Of a stretch of 64,000 nucleotides of DNA, positions 44,289-54,490 are shown piece by piece; positions within the stretch are counted from its first letter, which is position 1; the number at the start of each line of letters is the position of its first letter. The notes beneath the pieces are model-generated. The model was not told where the DNA came from. It made no database searches and saw only the letters and a program-made list of their open reading frames with translations. The DNA is from an uncultured Gemmatimonadales bacterium (GTDB taxonomy: Bacteria; Gemmatimonadota; Gemmatimonadetes; Gemmatimonadales; Gemmatimonadaceae), in contig CAWBZV010000003.1 of the NCBI GenBank assembly GCA_963793305.1, positions 608,001 to 672,000 of the forward strand. The letters run 5' to 3'. The position numbers were made by a program, and so were the translations under genes.

Positions 44289-44606
44289 CTCGACCTCGTC
44301 GCCGGGGCTGACTTGGATGATCTGTGAGCGCGGCGCGTAGTTCCCGCCGATCGGGATCATCAAGAAGCTCATCGTGATTGGCGTGCGCACCAGGTAGTCC
44401 GGAATGGTCATGTGCGCGGTGCTGTTGCCAGTCGCGCTTCCAAGCCGGATCCGCGCGCCATCTTGCGGAAGCGCGTAGATATCCATATCCAGGAAACCCT
44501 GGTTGATGACGGTGAGGTGCGTTTTCGGTATGGGTTCTTCCTGATCGGCTGGCTTGCCGCTCGAGCCCGAATGGCAGGCGAGGGCGAGCGAGAGCATCAG
44601 CAGCAT
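44268..44606 (-). CDS. Hypothetical lipoprotein
   Basis: MLLMLSLALAC lipobox; small beta-rich domain; start could be 44633. Confidence 0.65.
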   Translation of the reverse strand: MLLMLSLALACHSGSSGKPADQEEPIPKTHLTVINQGFLDMDIYALPQDGARIRLGSATGNSTAHMTIPDYLVRTPITMSFLMIPIGGNYAPRSQIIQVSPGDEVELTIPPA

Positions 44607-44619
44607 GGGGGCTACGCGA

Positions 44620-45234
44620 ATGCGAACTGACACGGGGATCCTCGGGTGGCGGGCGATAGGGTTGGGTGCCGCCTTCCTCCTCGTGATAATACTCGCTCAA
44701 CGGGCTTTGGTGCCTGGCCCGCCTCCTTCGCGGGCTCAACCGCGCATCTCCGACCAGGTGGTCATCGAGCGCGTGCAGGCCGTCGCGAAGCTCGTGTCGA
44801 GCGAGACGTTCATACGCGACATCGTGACGTATCAGAACACGTGGATGGGATCCACCAAGAAATCGCTCGTGGTCGCCACGGGCAAAGTCCTGGCGGGTGT
44901 CGTCATCGATTCGACCATGAAAGTTCAGGTCAACGAGCAGACGAAGACGATCTCATTGGAGATCCCTCACGCTCGCGTGATGGACGTTGTCGTGATGCAT
45001 CTCCAGACGTACGACGAGCGCAGCGGCCTGTGGAACCCATTCAGGCCCAGTGACCGTGACACGATCTTCCAGCACGTTCGCGCTCAGCTGGAGCACACCG
45101 CGGACGACATGGGAGTCGTCGGACACGCGGATTCCAGTGCGCTTGCACTGTTTCAGACTCTGCTGGCTGTTCCAGGCTACTCGGTAAACGTGCGCTTCCA
45201 GTTGCCGGCGCCAGTAGCTCAGCCCGCCGAGTAA
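44620..45234 (+). CDS. DUF4230-like protein
   Basis: TM anchor; ERVQAVAKLVSSE, ATGKVLAGV and YDERSGLWNPF motifs. Confidence 0.7.
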   Translation: MRTDTGILGWRAIGLGAAFLLVIILAQRALVPGPPPSRAQPRISDQVVIERVQAVAKLVSSETFIRDIVTYQNTWMGSTKKSLVVATGKVLAGVVIDSTMKVQVNEQTKTISLEIPHARVMDVVVMHLQTYDERSGLWNPFRPSDRDTIFQHVRAQLEHTADDMGVVGHADSSALALFQTLLAVPGYSVNVRFQLPAPVAQPAE

Positions 45235-45247
45235 TCGTCTGTAGTCG

Positions 45248-47497
45248 ATGGATCGGGTCGACCGCATCGTGCGGCTCGCCGCGCGCTCGCTTCGCGCGCC
45301 GCGCGCCGCGTTCTCGCACACGCGCGAAGCCACGCGCGATGGTGTCGCCCGGTTGTGCGCCACGGTGCGCGGCAGCGACGGCGAGGTTCTCGGGACGCTC
45401 TCGGTCGTCGACGACCACCCGCGATCGTGGACCGACGACGAGGTCGCGATCCTCAATGATCTCGCGAAAAGCCTGGCCACCGAAGTCGAAGCAGATCGCG
45501 CCCAGGCGCTGCTCGACGACTATCTCGACCAGACGGCGGTGCTGGTGTCGTTGGCGGCGCCCGACGGCCGCCTCATGTTCGTCAATCGCGCCTGGCGTAC
45601 CGCGCTGGGCTACGATCAAACCTCGATCTGCGCCAGCGACATCGTCGCGCCCGATCACCGGGGCATTTATCTCGAAGCCGTCCAGCGTGTCCTGGCGGGG
45701 CACGAGGTCCCGCCATTCGAGACGGTCTTCGAGACGAGACGAGGCGAGCGACTCGTGATGCGGGCCGTCCTCCGCGCGCGGTTCGAGGGCGGCATGCCGG
45801 TATCGGTCCGCGGCACGTTCGACAATGTCACCGCGAAGCTCGAGACCGATGAGGCGCAGACCCGACTCGTCGAGGTCCTGGAAGCCACGAGCGACTTCGT
45901 CGGGATCGCCGACATGTCCGGCCGGGCCGTCTATATCAACCGCGCCGGTCGCGCGCTGATTGGTCTTGGCTTCGACGAAGATCTCTCGTCCGTCACTATG
46001 AAGACCATCTACACGCGCGAAGGCCGCCACCAGCTGATGCGGACGGCGGTCCCCGCGGCGTTGCGTGAACGCACCTGGCAGGGCGAATCCACGATCCGTA
46101 CGCGCACCGGCCGCGTGGTCCACGTGTCCCAGGTCATCGTGGCCCACGTGTCCGCGAGCGGTGGCTGGTACTTCACGACGATCATGCGCGACATCACCGC
46201 GCAGAAGCTCCTGCAGTCCATCACCAATGGGATGAGCGAGGCCGAGGACCTCGATGCCGCCTACGCGGTCGCGCACGATCGCTTGGCCCAGGCGACGGGC
46301 TGGCCCATCGTCCTCGGGCCCGAGGCCTCGCCCATCGTACCGGCGACAGTCGACGGAGATCCCGAGTACGAGTCCAAGCTGCAACTCGTCTCATTCGTAG
46401 CCGGGCAGCTCGGCGGGCTCGTGCGGCGGAAGCAGGCCGAGGATGCGCTCAAGGCCAGCGAGGAACGGTTCAAGCGGTTGGCGATGGCGTCCAACGACGG
46501 CGTGGTCATCACCCGCAACGGCCGCTTCGTCGAGGTCAACGCCGCGTTCTTGCGCATGTCGGGGTTTCCCGATGCCGAAGTGCCCGAATCGCTGATCAGC
46601 GACCACATCGTGCCGGAGGACCGCGAGGATGTCCTGCGGCGCATGCGCGACAACGTCGAGGGCATCTACTACGCGACCTTTATCCGCCCGGATGGGACGA
46701 CATTCGAGGCGGAGGTGAGTGCCAAGCCGTGCATCTGGAATGGCAGCCCCGCGCGTATCGCCGTGGTCCGCGACGTCACCGAGTGGCGGCGGCTCAATCG
46801 CATGAAGAACGAATTCGTCTCCACCGTCTCGCACGAGCTGAGGACACCGCTCACGTCTATCCGTGGCGCCCTTGGTCTGCTGGAGGGTGGGGTCGGCGGG
46901 GCCATGGCGCCGAAAGCGCTCGATCTCTTGCGCATGGCGCGCGAGAACTCGGACCGGTTGATCCGGTTGATCAACGAGCTCCTCGATCTCGACAAGATCG
47001 AAGCGGGGAAGCTCGAGCTCCGCTACGAGGTGTTGACGCCGAGCGCGGTGGTGCGCTCGACGCTCGACGGAATCGCGGCGATGGCGGACGAGCACCGGAT
47101 CAAGCTCGTCGAGCACGTCGACGCGCACCGATCGTTCAGCGCCGACCGCGATCGCATTGTCCAGGTGCTCACCAACCTCGTGTCCAACGCGATCAAGTTC
47201 TCGCCGACCGGATCGGCGGTCGAGGTCGAGGCGACCGCGATCGGCAGCATGGTTCTGTTCGCGGTGCACAACGCCGGGCCGGGGATCGCGGTGGCCGATC
47301 GGGCCCGGTTATTCGCGCGGTTTCAGCAGCTCGACGCTGGCGACAATCGGCGCCGCGGCGGCACCGGGCTCGGGCTCGCCATCTCGAAGGCGATCGTCGA
47401 GCAGCACGGCGGGCGGATCGGCGTGCGATCAGAGCCCGACGTGCGCACAACGTTCTGGTTCGAGATCCCTACCAGCCGCGGGAATAAAGCGGGATGA
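45248..47497 (+). CDS. GAF/multi-PAS sensor histidine kinase
   Basis: FVSTVSHELRTPLTSI H-box; NLVSNAIKFS; GGTGLGLAI; three PAS-like domains. Confidence 0.93.
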   Translation: MDRVDRIVRLAARSLRAPRAAFSHTREATRDGVARLCATVRGSDGEVLGTLSVVDDHPRSWTDDEVAILNDLAKSLATEVEADRAQALLDDYLDQTAVLVSLAAPDGRLMFVNRAWRTALGYDQTSICASDIVAPDHRGIYLEAVQRVLAGHEVPPFETVFETRRGERLVMRAVLRARFEGGMPVSVRGTFDNVTAKLETDEAQTRLVEVLEATSDFVGIADMSGRAVYINRAGRALIGLGFDEDLSSVTMKTIYTREGRHQLMRTAVPAALRERTWQGESTIRTRTGRVVHVSQVIVAHVSASGGWYFTTIMRDITAQKLLQSITNGMSEAEDLDAAYAVAHDRLAQATGWPIVLGPEASPIVPATVDGDPEYESKLQLVSFVAGQLGGLVRRKQAEDALKASEERFKRLAMASNDGVVITRNGRFVEVNAAFLRMSGFPDAEVPESLISDHIVPEDREDVLRRMRDNVEGIYYATFIRPDGTTFEAEVSAKPCIWNGSPARIAVVRDVTEWRRLNRMKNEFVSTVSHELRTPLTSIRGALGLLEGGVGGAMAPKALDLLRMARENSDRLIRLINELLDLDKIEAGKLELRYEVLTPSAVVRSTLDGIAAMADEHRIKLVEHVDAHRSFSADRDRIVQVLTNLVSNAIKFSPTGSAVEVEATAIGSMVLFAVHNAGPGIAVADRARLFARFQQLDAGDNRRRGGTGLGLAISKAIVEQHGGRIGVRSEPDVRTTFWFEIPTSRGNKAG

Positions 47498-47515
47498 CGT
47501 GCGGCTGCGCGAGCT

Positions 47516-48400
47516 CTATGAGCCGTGGGACGCCGGTGTGATCGAGACCTGCACGCGTTGGCTCAGCTTGAACGGCGTCGGCTCGTTCAGCGCGATCTTC
47601 ACCATCAGCACACGCGTGTCGGTCGGCTTCCCCGGGTCTTCCGGCTTGAGGCGCCGCGCGACCACGCCATCCGGGATCTCTTCAACCGTCCCGCGCCAGG
47701 TCTTCGAGCCGTAGCCTTCCGCGCTCACGGTGACCGGGGCGCCGAGCGCGATCTTGCCCGCGTCGTACTCGTCGACTTCGGCCTCGATCCGCGTCCGCTG
47801 CAGGTCTGCCACCGTCACGAGCCGCGTGTTGGCCTCGACGATCTCGCCGGGTTGCACGAGGCGCGCGGTCACCACGCCAGAGATCGGCGCCAGGATCCGC
47901 GTTTTCGCCAGATGCGCCTCGAGTTGCGACGCGGTCGCGACCGCGGCATCGCGCCGCGCGATCGCGGCATCGCTGTCGCGCCGGGCATGGTCGAGCTCTT
48001 GCCGCGAGATCGCGTGCGACTCGGCCAGGTTCTCCATGCGCTCGACATCGGCCGCCGTTGCCGTCACCTCGGCGTTCGCTTCGACGATCCGTGCGCGGGC
48101 CTCGGCCAGCGACGCTCTCGTCTCGGCGTCATCCAGCGCGACCAGCAGCTGGCCCTTTCTCACGATGGTCTTCTCATCGACCGGCAGGGACAGAATGCGA
48201 CCCGTGATCTCGCTGCCCACCGTCACTTCGGCGCCCGGGTAGGCGACGAACTGTCCTTCGGCTCGTATGGCAGGCGTACTCACTGACATGGGCGCCGGGT
48301 TGCTGCGCGGAGAGGCATTGGCGTGCTGCGCTGCGCGAGTGACGAAGAGCGCGAGCGAAGCGAGCGCCAAGATGGGCACTGCGATTCGTGTGACAGTCAT
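47516..48400 (-). CDS. HlyD/RND-type periplasmic adaptor subunit of ABC exporter
   Basis: GSEITGRI, KGQLLVALD, ILAPISGVV and EAEVDEYD motifs. Confidence 0.88.
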   Translation of the reverse strand: MTVTRIAVPILALASLALFVTRAAQHANASPRSNPAPMSVSTPAIRAEGQFVAYPGAEVTVGSEITGRILSLPVDEKTIVRKGQLLVALDDAETRASLAEARARIVEANAEVTATAADVERMENLAESHAISRQELDHARRDSDAAIARRDAAVATASQLEAHLAKTRILAPISGVVTARLVQPGEIVEANTRLVTVADLQRTRIEAEVDEYDAGKIALGAPVTVSAEGYGSKTWRGTVEEIPDGVVARRLKPEDPGKPTDTRVLMVKIALNEPTPFKLSQRVQVSITPASHGS

Positions 48401-49065
48401 GAGAGGCGTCCGTCTCGAATGCGCACGACGCGATCCGCGAATCGGCGCACGTTGGGGTCGTGAGTAACAATGACCAGCCCTTGTTCGGCCTGCTTGGCCG
48501 TATTGCGAAACAATTCCATGATCTGCAGCCCGACCTGCGAATCGAGATTCGCCGTCGGCTCGTCGGCGAGTAGAATCGGCGGCCGACTCGCCACCGCGCG
48601 CGCGATAGCCACGCGCTGTTTCTGCCCACCCGACAGATCGCGCGGCAGAAAGTCGAGGCGATCGCCGAGCTCCACGATCTCCAGGGCCTCGATCGCCGCG
48701 TTGCGCGCCGCCGTCCCGCGCATCCCTTTGATATTGAGCGCGTACTCGACGTTCTCGCGCGCGGTCAGCGATGGGAACAAGTTGTATTGCTGAAATACGA
48801 ACCCGATCGAGCGCTTTCTCACTTCGGCGAGTCGTCCTGAGGAGAGCTGATCGACCCGCTGACCGTCGACGACCACGCTCCCCAACGTCGGCGTCAGAAT
48901 GCAGCCGAGGATCGACAAGAACGTCGTCTTGCCCGAGCCAGATGGACCTTCGAGCGCAACGATCTCGCCGCGTTCGACACTGAGGGACACGCCATGCAAG
49001 ACCGGGATCTCTTGCCGTCCCTCGGAGAACGACTTCACCACGTCGGTCGCCGCCAGCGTCGTCAT
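48397..49065 (-). CDS. ABC transporter ATP-binding protein (LolD/MacB-like)
   Basis: GPSGSGKT, LSGGQKQRVAIARA, ADEPTANLD and VTHD motifs; ATG 49065. Confidence 0.93.
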   Translation of the reverse strand: MTTLAATDVVKSFSEGRQEIPVLHGVSLSVERGEIVALEGPSGSGKTTFLSILGCILTPTLGSVVVDGQRVDQLSSGRLAEVRKRSIGFVFQQYNLFPSLTARENVEYALNIKGMRGTAARNAAIEALEIVELGDRLDFLPRDLSGGQKQRVAIARAVASRPPILLADEPTANLDSQVGLQIMELFRNTAKQAEQGLVIVTHDPNVRRFADRVVRIRDGRLS

Positions 49066-50189
49066 GTGCGGAATACCAACGCGGGATCGATCGACGCGAC
49101 TTTTCTGAAGGCCACTAACGCAGCAGTCAAGCAGAGCACGACGGTGCCGACGAATACCCAACCGAGCATGATGTTCGGGATGATCAGCTTGAGCCCGATG
49201 TTGGCCATGACCGGGCGCAGTGGCAGCGACTGCAAGAGTCCGAGGACGAAGCCGACGACAGCGGCGATCGCGGCTTGCTTGCCGAGGATCATGTAGATGT
49301 CGCCATTGTTGCCACCAATCGCCTTGACGGTGCCGAACTCGCGAATGTGCTCCATCGCCGACGTATAGAGCGTCTGCGCGACGACGACGACGCCGACCAG
49401 GCATCCGAGAAAGACGGTGATGTACATGTTGAGCCCGATGCCGGTCGACGCGACCCAATAGTGCCGCGACCGCTCGGCCCACTCGGCCTTCGTGAACACG
49501 TCGTTGTACGGCAACCGCCGGGCGATCTCGGCGCGGACCCCAGCCGTGTCTGCATTGGGGGCCAGCTTGACGAGTATATACGTCGTGGACCCGCGCAAAA
49601 GATCAGGCGAGATCTGCTGCAGCAGTCGATAGTCGATGAACGCGATCGGCGTGGTGGTGAACGACAGGGCTTCTTTGGAGCGCCCGATGATCTGCAGTCG
49701 CCGCCCGAGAACCTCGCGATAGTCGCCGACCTGATACGGCCCCCAGCGCTTCACGGCCGACTGGTCGACGATCATGTAATCACCGCGCCGCAGATCATCC
49801 ATGCTGCCATCGGTGAGATGCCACGGGATGTTCCACGCCGAGAAGTCCTCCAGCCCGTACGCCTCGACGCCTTCCTGCGCCCCGGTTGGCAGGTTCACCT
49901 GCATGAACCAGATGATGAGATTATCGGCGCGCGCGACGCCGGGGATGGATCGCACCCGATCGACCCGTGTCTCGGTGAACGTGTGCGAGAAGTCGACATT
50001 CGGCGTGTTGCGCGACGTCACCCAGAGGTCGGCAGCCGCGTGGTCGATGGTGACGGACGCATTGTCGAGCAGACCGAGAAAGAGCCCGACTTGCACGAAG
50101 ACCAGGGTGACGGCGAACGCGACACCGGCGACCGTGATGAAGAATCGGAGCCGGTCGTGGACCAGGCTCTTGAGCGCGAGATCAACCAC
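49062..50189 (-). CDS. ABC transporter permease (DevC/FtsX-like)
   Basis: RFFITVAGVAFAVTLVFVQVG, HIREFGTVKAIG and IDPALVF motifs; GTG 50189. Confidence 0.9.
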   Translation of the reverse strand: MVDLALKSLVHDRLRFFITVAGVAFAVTLVFVQVGLFLGLLDNASVTIDHAAADLWVTSRNTPNVDFSHTFTETRVDRVRSIPGVARADNLIIWFMQVNLPTGAQEGVEAYGLEDFSAWNIPWHLTDGSMDDLRRGDYMIVDQSAVKRWGPYQVGDYREVLGRRLQIIGRSKEALSFTTTPIAFIDYRLLQQISPDLLRGSTTYILVKLAPNADTAGVRAEIARRLPYNDVFTKAEWAERSRHYWVASTGIGLNMYITVFLGCLVGVVVVAQTLYTSAMEHIREFGTVKAIGGNNGDIYMILGKQAAIAAVVGFVLGLLQSLPLRPVMANIGLKLIIPNIMLGWVFVGTVVLCLTAALVAFRKVASIDPALVFRT

Positions 50190-50817
50190 TGGTAATTCCT
50201 CGAATACAGAGATCGAGCATGGTCTCGACGCGCAGCTCCATCGGCCGCCATTCGACCCACGAGTCGGAGCCCTTCGCGATCTCCAGTGCGACGATGCCGT
50301 GGACGGCCGCCCAGACGATCTGCGCCGTGAGCTCAATGTCGGCGGCAAACGTCGGCCCCAACTGCCCGGCGGCCGCCGCCTGGCCTACTGTCCAGAGCAG
50401 AAACGCGTAAGCATCCTGGTCCGGCTTGCCCTTGCGTTCGATCGGGGCGAACTCCTCGGACGGATGCGGCGTCATGAACATCAGCCGGTAGTGGTTCGGA
50501 TGCTCGAACGCGAACCGCGCATACGCCCGGCCCATCGCCCCCAGTCGCTCCTTGGGATTCGCGATAGTGGCGATCTTCTGAAATTCCTCGGCGAGCGCGC
50601 CCCAATCCGTGTCGCACAGCTCGCGGATCAGCGCGTCCTTGTCCTTGAAGTGGTAGTAGATCGCCGTCGGCGTGTACTCGATCTTCTCGGCGATCGTCCG
50701 CATGGTCACCGCGTCGTACCCATGCTCGGCGAACAACTCGCGCGCGGCGTCCAGGATCTTGGTCCTGATCGCGATCTTTTCGCGCTCACGCCTATCGTTC
50801 GCCGCAGACGGTATCAT
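50182..50817 (-). CDS. TetR/AcrR-family regulator (WHG-type C-terminus)
   Basis: ILDAARELFAEHGYDAVTMRTIAEKIEYTPTAIYYHF; WAAVHG. Confidence 0.93.
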   Translation of the reverse strand: MIPSAANDRREREKIAIRTKILDAARELFAEHGYDAVTMRTIAEKIEYTPTAIYYHFKDKDALIRELCDTDWGALAEEFQKIATIANPKERLGAMGRAYARFAFEHPNHYRLMFMTPHPSEEFAPIERKGKPDQDAYAFLLWTVGQAAAAGQLGPTFAADIELTAQIVWAAVHGIVALEIAKGSDSWVEWRPMELRVETMLDLCIRGITSG

Positions 50818-50833
50818 AACAATGTCCTCTTTG

Positions 50834-50846
50834 TTAACATTGTTAA
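50834..50846. promoter_or_regulatory. Palindrome TTAACA-T-TGTTAA, candidate TetR operator
   Basis: Just upstream of the TetR RBS; a related site TAACAATGT overlaps the start codon. Confidence 0.65.
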
Positions 50847-50882
50847 ATAACAGACCGACGTCAAGAGGCTTACCATCGTTCG

Positions 50883-52916
50883 TTACTTATGCCGCTTGGC
50901 TCCGGACTGTAAGCACCCGTAGGGAATAGGCTTACCACTCGCCTGCCAGCGAGCGACCCCGGAACCAGAAGGTACGCCAGGCGCCCCAGACTCGAACGCC
51001 AGCCGCACCGTGGAGTCGCGAGACCGCTTGGCGTCAGCGCTGAGCGTATCCGGCTCTGCCTCTCCAGACGCCCGCTCCGCGTCCACCTCGCGCTGAATCG
51101 CCGCGACGTCATAGTGCGCCAGGTCGCTATCCCCCGGCGCTTGGCGCTTGAGCTCCGCCAGCAACGAGTCGCTGAAGAGCGCACCGCGATGATGCGCCTC
51201 GAGGATCTGCGGGGCGGTAATCCCGATCGCGCCCCGGAAATCGGCGCCATCGAGATCGGCGCCGTAGAACGTCGCCCGCTGCAGCCTCGCGCGCGAGAAC
51301 GTCGCGCCCTGCAACAGCGCGTTGTCGAACGACGCCCCACGCAGATCGGCACCCTGCATCCGCGCGTAGCGGAGATTGGCGGCCGCGAACATCGTCCGCT
51401 GGCAGAACAACGTGTCCGATGACACTGCGTCAGTTCGCTCGGCCGTCGGCGTGATATTTCCGCGCGCTTTTCTAAAATCCGTGCTGAACAGGAGCGCCCC
51501 GACAAAGCTGGTGCCAGCGATGTTCGCGCCACGAAGATCCGCGGACCAGAGATCGGCGCCCAGGAGATCCGTGTTGCGCAGATCAGCCAGCGCCAGGAAC
51601 GCCCGCTCGGCCGATGCGAACCGCAAGTTCGTGCCGATGAGCCGCGCCCCCGAGGCCTTGGGGTTCTCGTTCGTCTCGCCCGTGTCCGGCACCGCGGTCG
51701 TCGTGAGCCGTGTCGAGATCTCGCTCTCGGCCAACTGCGCCGTCGGATCGACTCCAGCACGCGACAAGAGCGTCGGCACGAGCGCCTGCCACGCCGGGAC
51801 CGCGCGCCTCAAGCTCGCCGTCGCGGGCCGCGCTTCGGCTACCTGCTCCGACAGCTCCGACTCGCGGCCGCGATACACGCCGTTGATGGCGTAATACGAC
51901 GCCAGGCCGAACACGAGCGGCACGACGAGCGCGACAACCATCGCGGGGACATAGCCGCGCCACGTGGAGCGCTCCGGGCGCCACGCCGTCGGCAGCGTGC
52001 GACCGGCAAGCGTGAGAAATGCCGCCGCGAGGCCGCAGCCCAAGGACAGCGCGATCACCTGGACCGTCGTGATCCCGCCATCGTGCCGATGCAGATAGCG
52101 CATCCAGAACCACGCGATGGTCGCGGGCGCGATCCACCATCCGACGATGATCCAGAGCCACGACTGTGCGCGTCCCAAGAAGCCAATCTTGGACTGATCG
52201 CAGACCCTCGCGGCGGCCCACGCGCCAAAGATCCACGTGCTGGCGCGATCGGCCATCGCCGTGGCATCCGGCAGGACCGCCGGCGACGCCGCCACCGATG
52301 CCCACACGCGCTGCGCCTGCAGCATCGCGACGATCGCGACGCCGACGAGCGCGATCGGCACGAGCACGTAGAAGTTCACGATCGGGATGTCGACGTTCAA
52401 AATCGGCAGCTTCAACGTCGACGAATCCGTGAGCAGCTTCGAGTCGACGGTCGAGTTGATCGTGAGCCACGAATAGACGCAGACCAAGAGCATCGTCAAG
52501 AAGATCTTGCCCGTGCTCTGGGCGATCTCGTTGGCGGCGTCGAACGTGCCGAACTTGACGGAGGGCGGCAGCGTGGCGCCCATGAGATCGGCGCGCGCGA
52601 ATTGCGTTCCGACGACGCCGGTCGCACCCGAGAAATCGGCGTGCTCGAGCTTCGCCCACGCGAATTGCGCGCCGATGAGATTGGCGTTCGTGAGCTTTGC
52701 GCCGGTCATCACGGCATTCGTGAAGTCGACTCCGCGGAGGTCGGCGCCGGAGAGGTCGACATTACGGAGGTCGAGCGCCGACCCCGCGCTCGTCTTCCGC
52801 CAGTCCCCCGCGGTTTTGAGCTCGTCGGCGAGCGTCCGCGCGACCGGTCGATCTCCGACATCGGCAAGCTGTGGAGTGGCGGTGGGCGTGACGACCCGCT
52901 CGATCTCGGTGCTCAT
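50883..52916 (-). CDS. Pentapeptide-repeat membrane protein
   Basis: A(D/N)LxG pentapeptide blocks at both N- and C-termini flanking ~5 TM helices. Confidence 0.85.
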   Translation of the reverse strand: MSTEIERVVTPTATPQLADVGDRPVARTLADELKTAGDWRKTSAGSALDLRNVDLSGADLRGVDFTNAVMTGAKLTNANLIGAQFAWAKLEHADFSGATGVVGTQFARADLMGATLPPSVKFGTFDAANEIAQSTGKIFLTMLLVCVYSWLTINSTVDSKLLTDSSTLKLPILNVDIPIVNFYVLVPIALVGVAIVAMLQAQRVWASVAASPAVLPDATAMADRASTWIFGAWAAARVCDQSKIGFLGRAQSWLWIIVGWWIAPATIAWFWMRYLHRHDGGITTVQVIALSLGCGLAAAFLTLAGRTLPTAWRPERSTWRGYVPAMVVALVVPLVFGLASYYAINGVYRGRESELSEQVAEARPATASLRRAVPAWQALVPTLLSRAGVDPTAQLAESEISTRLTTTAVPDTGETNENPKASGARLIGTNLRFASAERAFLALADLRNTDLLGADLWSADLRGANIAGTSFVGALLFSTDFRKARGNITPTAERTDAVSSDTLFCQRTMFAAANLRYARMQGADLRGASFDNALLQGATFSRARLQRATFYGADLDGADFRGAIGITAPQILEAHHRGALFSDSLLAELKRQAPGDSDLAHYDVAAIQREVDAERASGEAEPDTLSADAKRSRDSTVRLAFESGAPGVPSGSGVARWQASGKPIPYGCLQSGAKRHK

Positions 52917-53578
52917 GACAGCAATTTATCGAGATCGTCATAGAGCGCGCTCACATCGGACCAAATGCGCTCTGCGCCGGCTGCGCGCAGTGCCTCTGCC
53001 GTGTGGCTTCCGGTCAACACGCCGAATGCTCTCACACCAGCGGCAGTCGCGGCCATTGCGTCGTATGGCGTGTCACCGACATAGGCACTCCTCTCAACGC
53101 TGACGCCAAGTCGCTCGACGGCCTTGAGAATAATGTCTGGTGCCGGTTTCGTGGCCTCAACGTCCTCGCCGGTGACGATAACATCTGGTAACTCGAGGGT
53201 GAGGCGTTGGCGCAGTAGTCCCAGCAATTCGCGTGAGTTCGATGTGGCCAGGGCTGTGCGTATGTCGCGAGCGCGAAGCGCCGCGAACAATTCCTGGGCT
53301 TTGGGGAATGTTCGTATGGGCGTTTCGCGCAGATGCGCTCTATACGTCTCAATCCATTGCCGGCCCAATGAGGGACCGAGGCGCCGAGCCTCGTCGGGGC
53401 CAAGGATCGAGTGCAGGAGCCGGTCGCCCCCTTGGCCCACCTCGCGGGCGATGCGATCTGAGGGGACCTGCAAGCCAATGGTGCCTAAGACAATGCGCCA
53501 GACCTCCACGTGAGCCGCGTTGGTGTCGACGAGCGTCCCGTCGACATCGAAGATCAGCGCCTCGATATTAGGTCCCAT
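52913..53578 (-). CDS. HAD-family hydrolase
   Basis: IFDVDGTLVDT, LATSN, KPAPD and VGDTPYD motifs; ATG 53578. Confidence 0.9.
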   Translation of the reverse strand: MGPNIEALIFDVDGTLVDTNAAHVEVWRIVLGTIGLQVPSDRIAREVGQGGDRLLHSILGPDEARRLGPSLGRQWIETYRAHLRETPIRTFPKAQELFAALRARDIRTALATSNSRELLGLLRQRLTLELPDVIVTGEDVEATKPAPDIILKAVERLGVSVERSAYVGDTPYDAMAATAAGVRAFGVLTGSHTAEALRAAGAERIWSDVSALYDDLDKLLS

Positions 53579-54377
53579 GCGACTCGTCCCCGTCACGCCG
53601 GGATCCCGCGCACGGCTCCGTACCTCGGACGCCATGCCGCCCCGCAACATCCCGAACGATCTCGATGAGGCCACCAAGCCATTGATGCACGGGCTCCGAG
53701 ACCAGCAGGAGATGTTGTACGCGGAGGGAAAGCGGTCGCTGCTCGTCGTGCTGCAGGGGCGAGATGCCGCAGGGAAAGACGGCACCGTCAAGCACATCTG
53801 CGGCGCGTTCAACCCGCAGGGCACGCAGGTGACGAGCTTTAAAGTCCCCGTGGGAGAGGAAGCGACGCACGATTATCTGTGGCGCATACACAGAGCGGTG
53901 CCGCGAAAAGGGCTCGTGGGTGTGTTCAACCGGTCGCAGTACGAGGACGTGCTCGTGGCGCGCGTGCACAACCTCGTGCCCCGCGCGGTCTGGTCCAAAC
54001 GATACGCTCAGATCAATGATTTCGAGCGGATGTTGACCGAGAATGGCGTCACCATCGTGAAATTCTTTCTCCACGTCTCGCGCGCCGAGCAAGCCCGGCG
54101 GATTCGCGAGCGGGCGGCCGATCCCACCAAGCAGTGGAAGGTCAGCACATCCAACGTCAACGAGCGCCGGTACTGGCAGGAGTACACCCTCGCGTACCAG
54201 GACGTTCTGTCACGGTGTAGTACCCCGTGGGCACCCTGGTACGTCGTACCGGCAGACGACAAGAAGGCCCGCGATTACCTGGTGGCCGGGGTTCTCCTCG
54301 CTGTTCTGCAGCGAATGAAGCCAGCCTACCCGCCGGCGGACCGAAAACTCGTCGCCCGTGTCAAAAGGTTACGGTAA
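53577..54377 (+). CDS. ppk2: Polyphosphate kinase 2 family (class III-like) phosphotransferase
   Basis: QGRDAAGKDG Walker A, HDYLWR, FNRSQYEDVL and APWYVVPAD motifs; ATG 53577. Confidence 0.9.
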   Translation: MRLVPVTPGSRARLRTSDAMPPRNIPNDLDEATKPLMHGLRDQQEMLYAEGKRSLLVVLQGRDAAGKDGTVKHICGAFNPQGTQVTSFKVPVGEEATHDYLWRIHRAVPRKGLVGVFNRSQYEDVLVARVHNLVPRAVWSKRYAQINDFERMLTENGVTIVKFFLHVSRAEQARRIRERAADPTKQWKVSTSNVNERRYWQEYTLAYQDVLSRCSTPWAPWYVVPADDKKARDYLVAGVLLAVLQRMKPAYPPADRKLVARVKRLR

Positions 54378-54490
54378 GGCGCAACTAGACAAGTCGTTGG
54401 TCTGTCAGAAGAAAACGGTGACTGGAAGCAAACAACGACTAGTTAACTTCAGGTCAGGCGCTAGATTTCTAGCACAATGAAGTCCTCACG

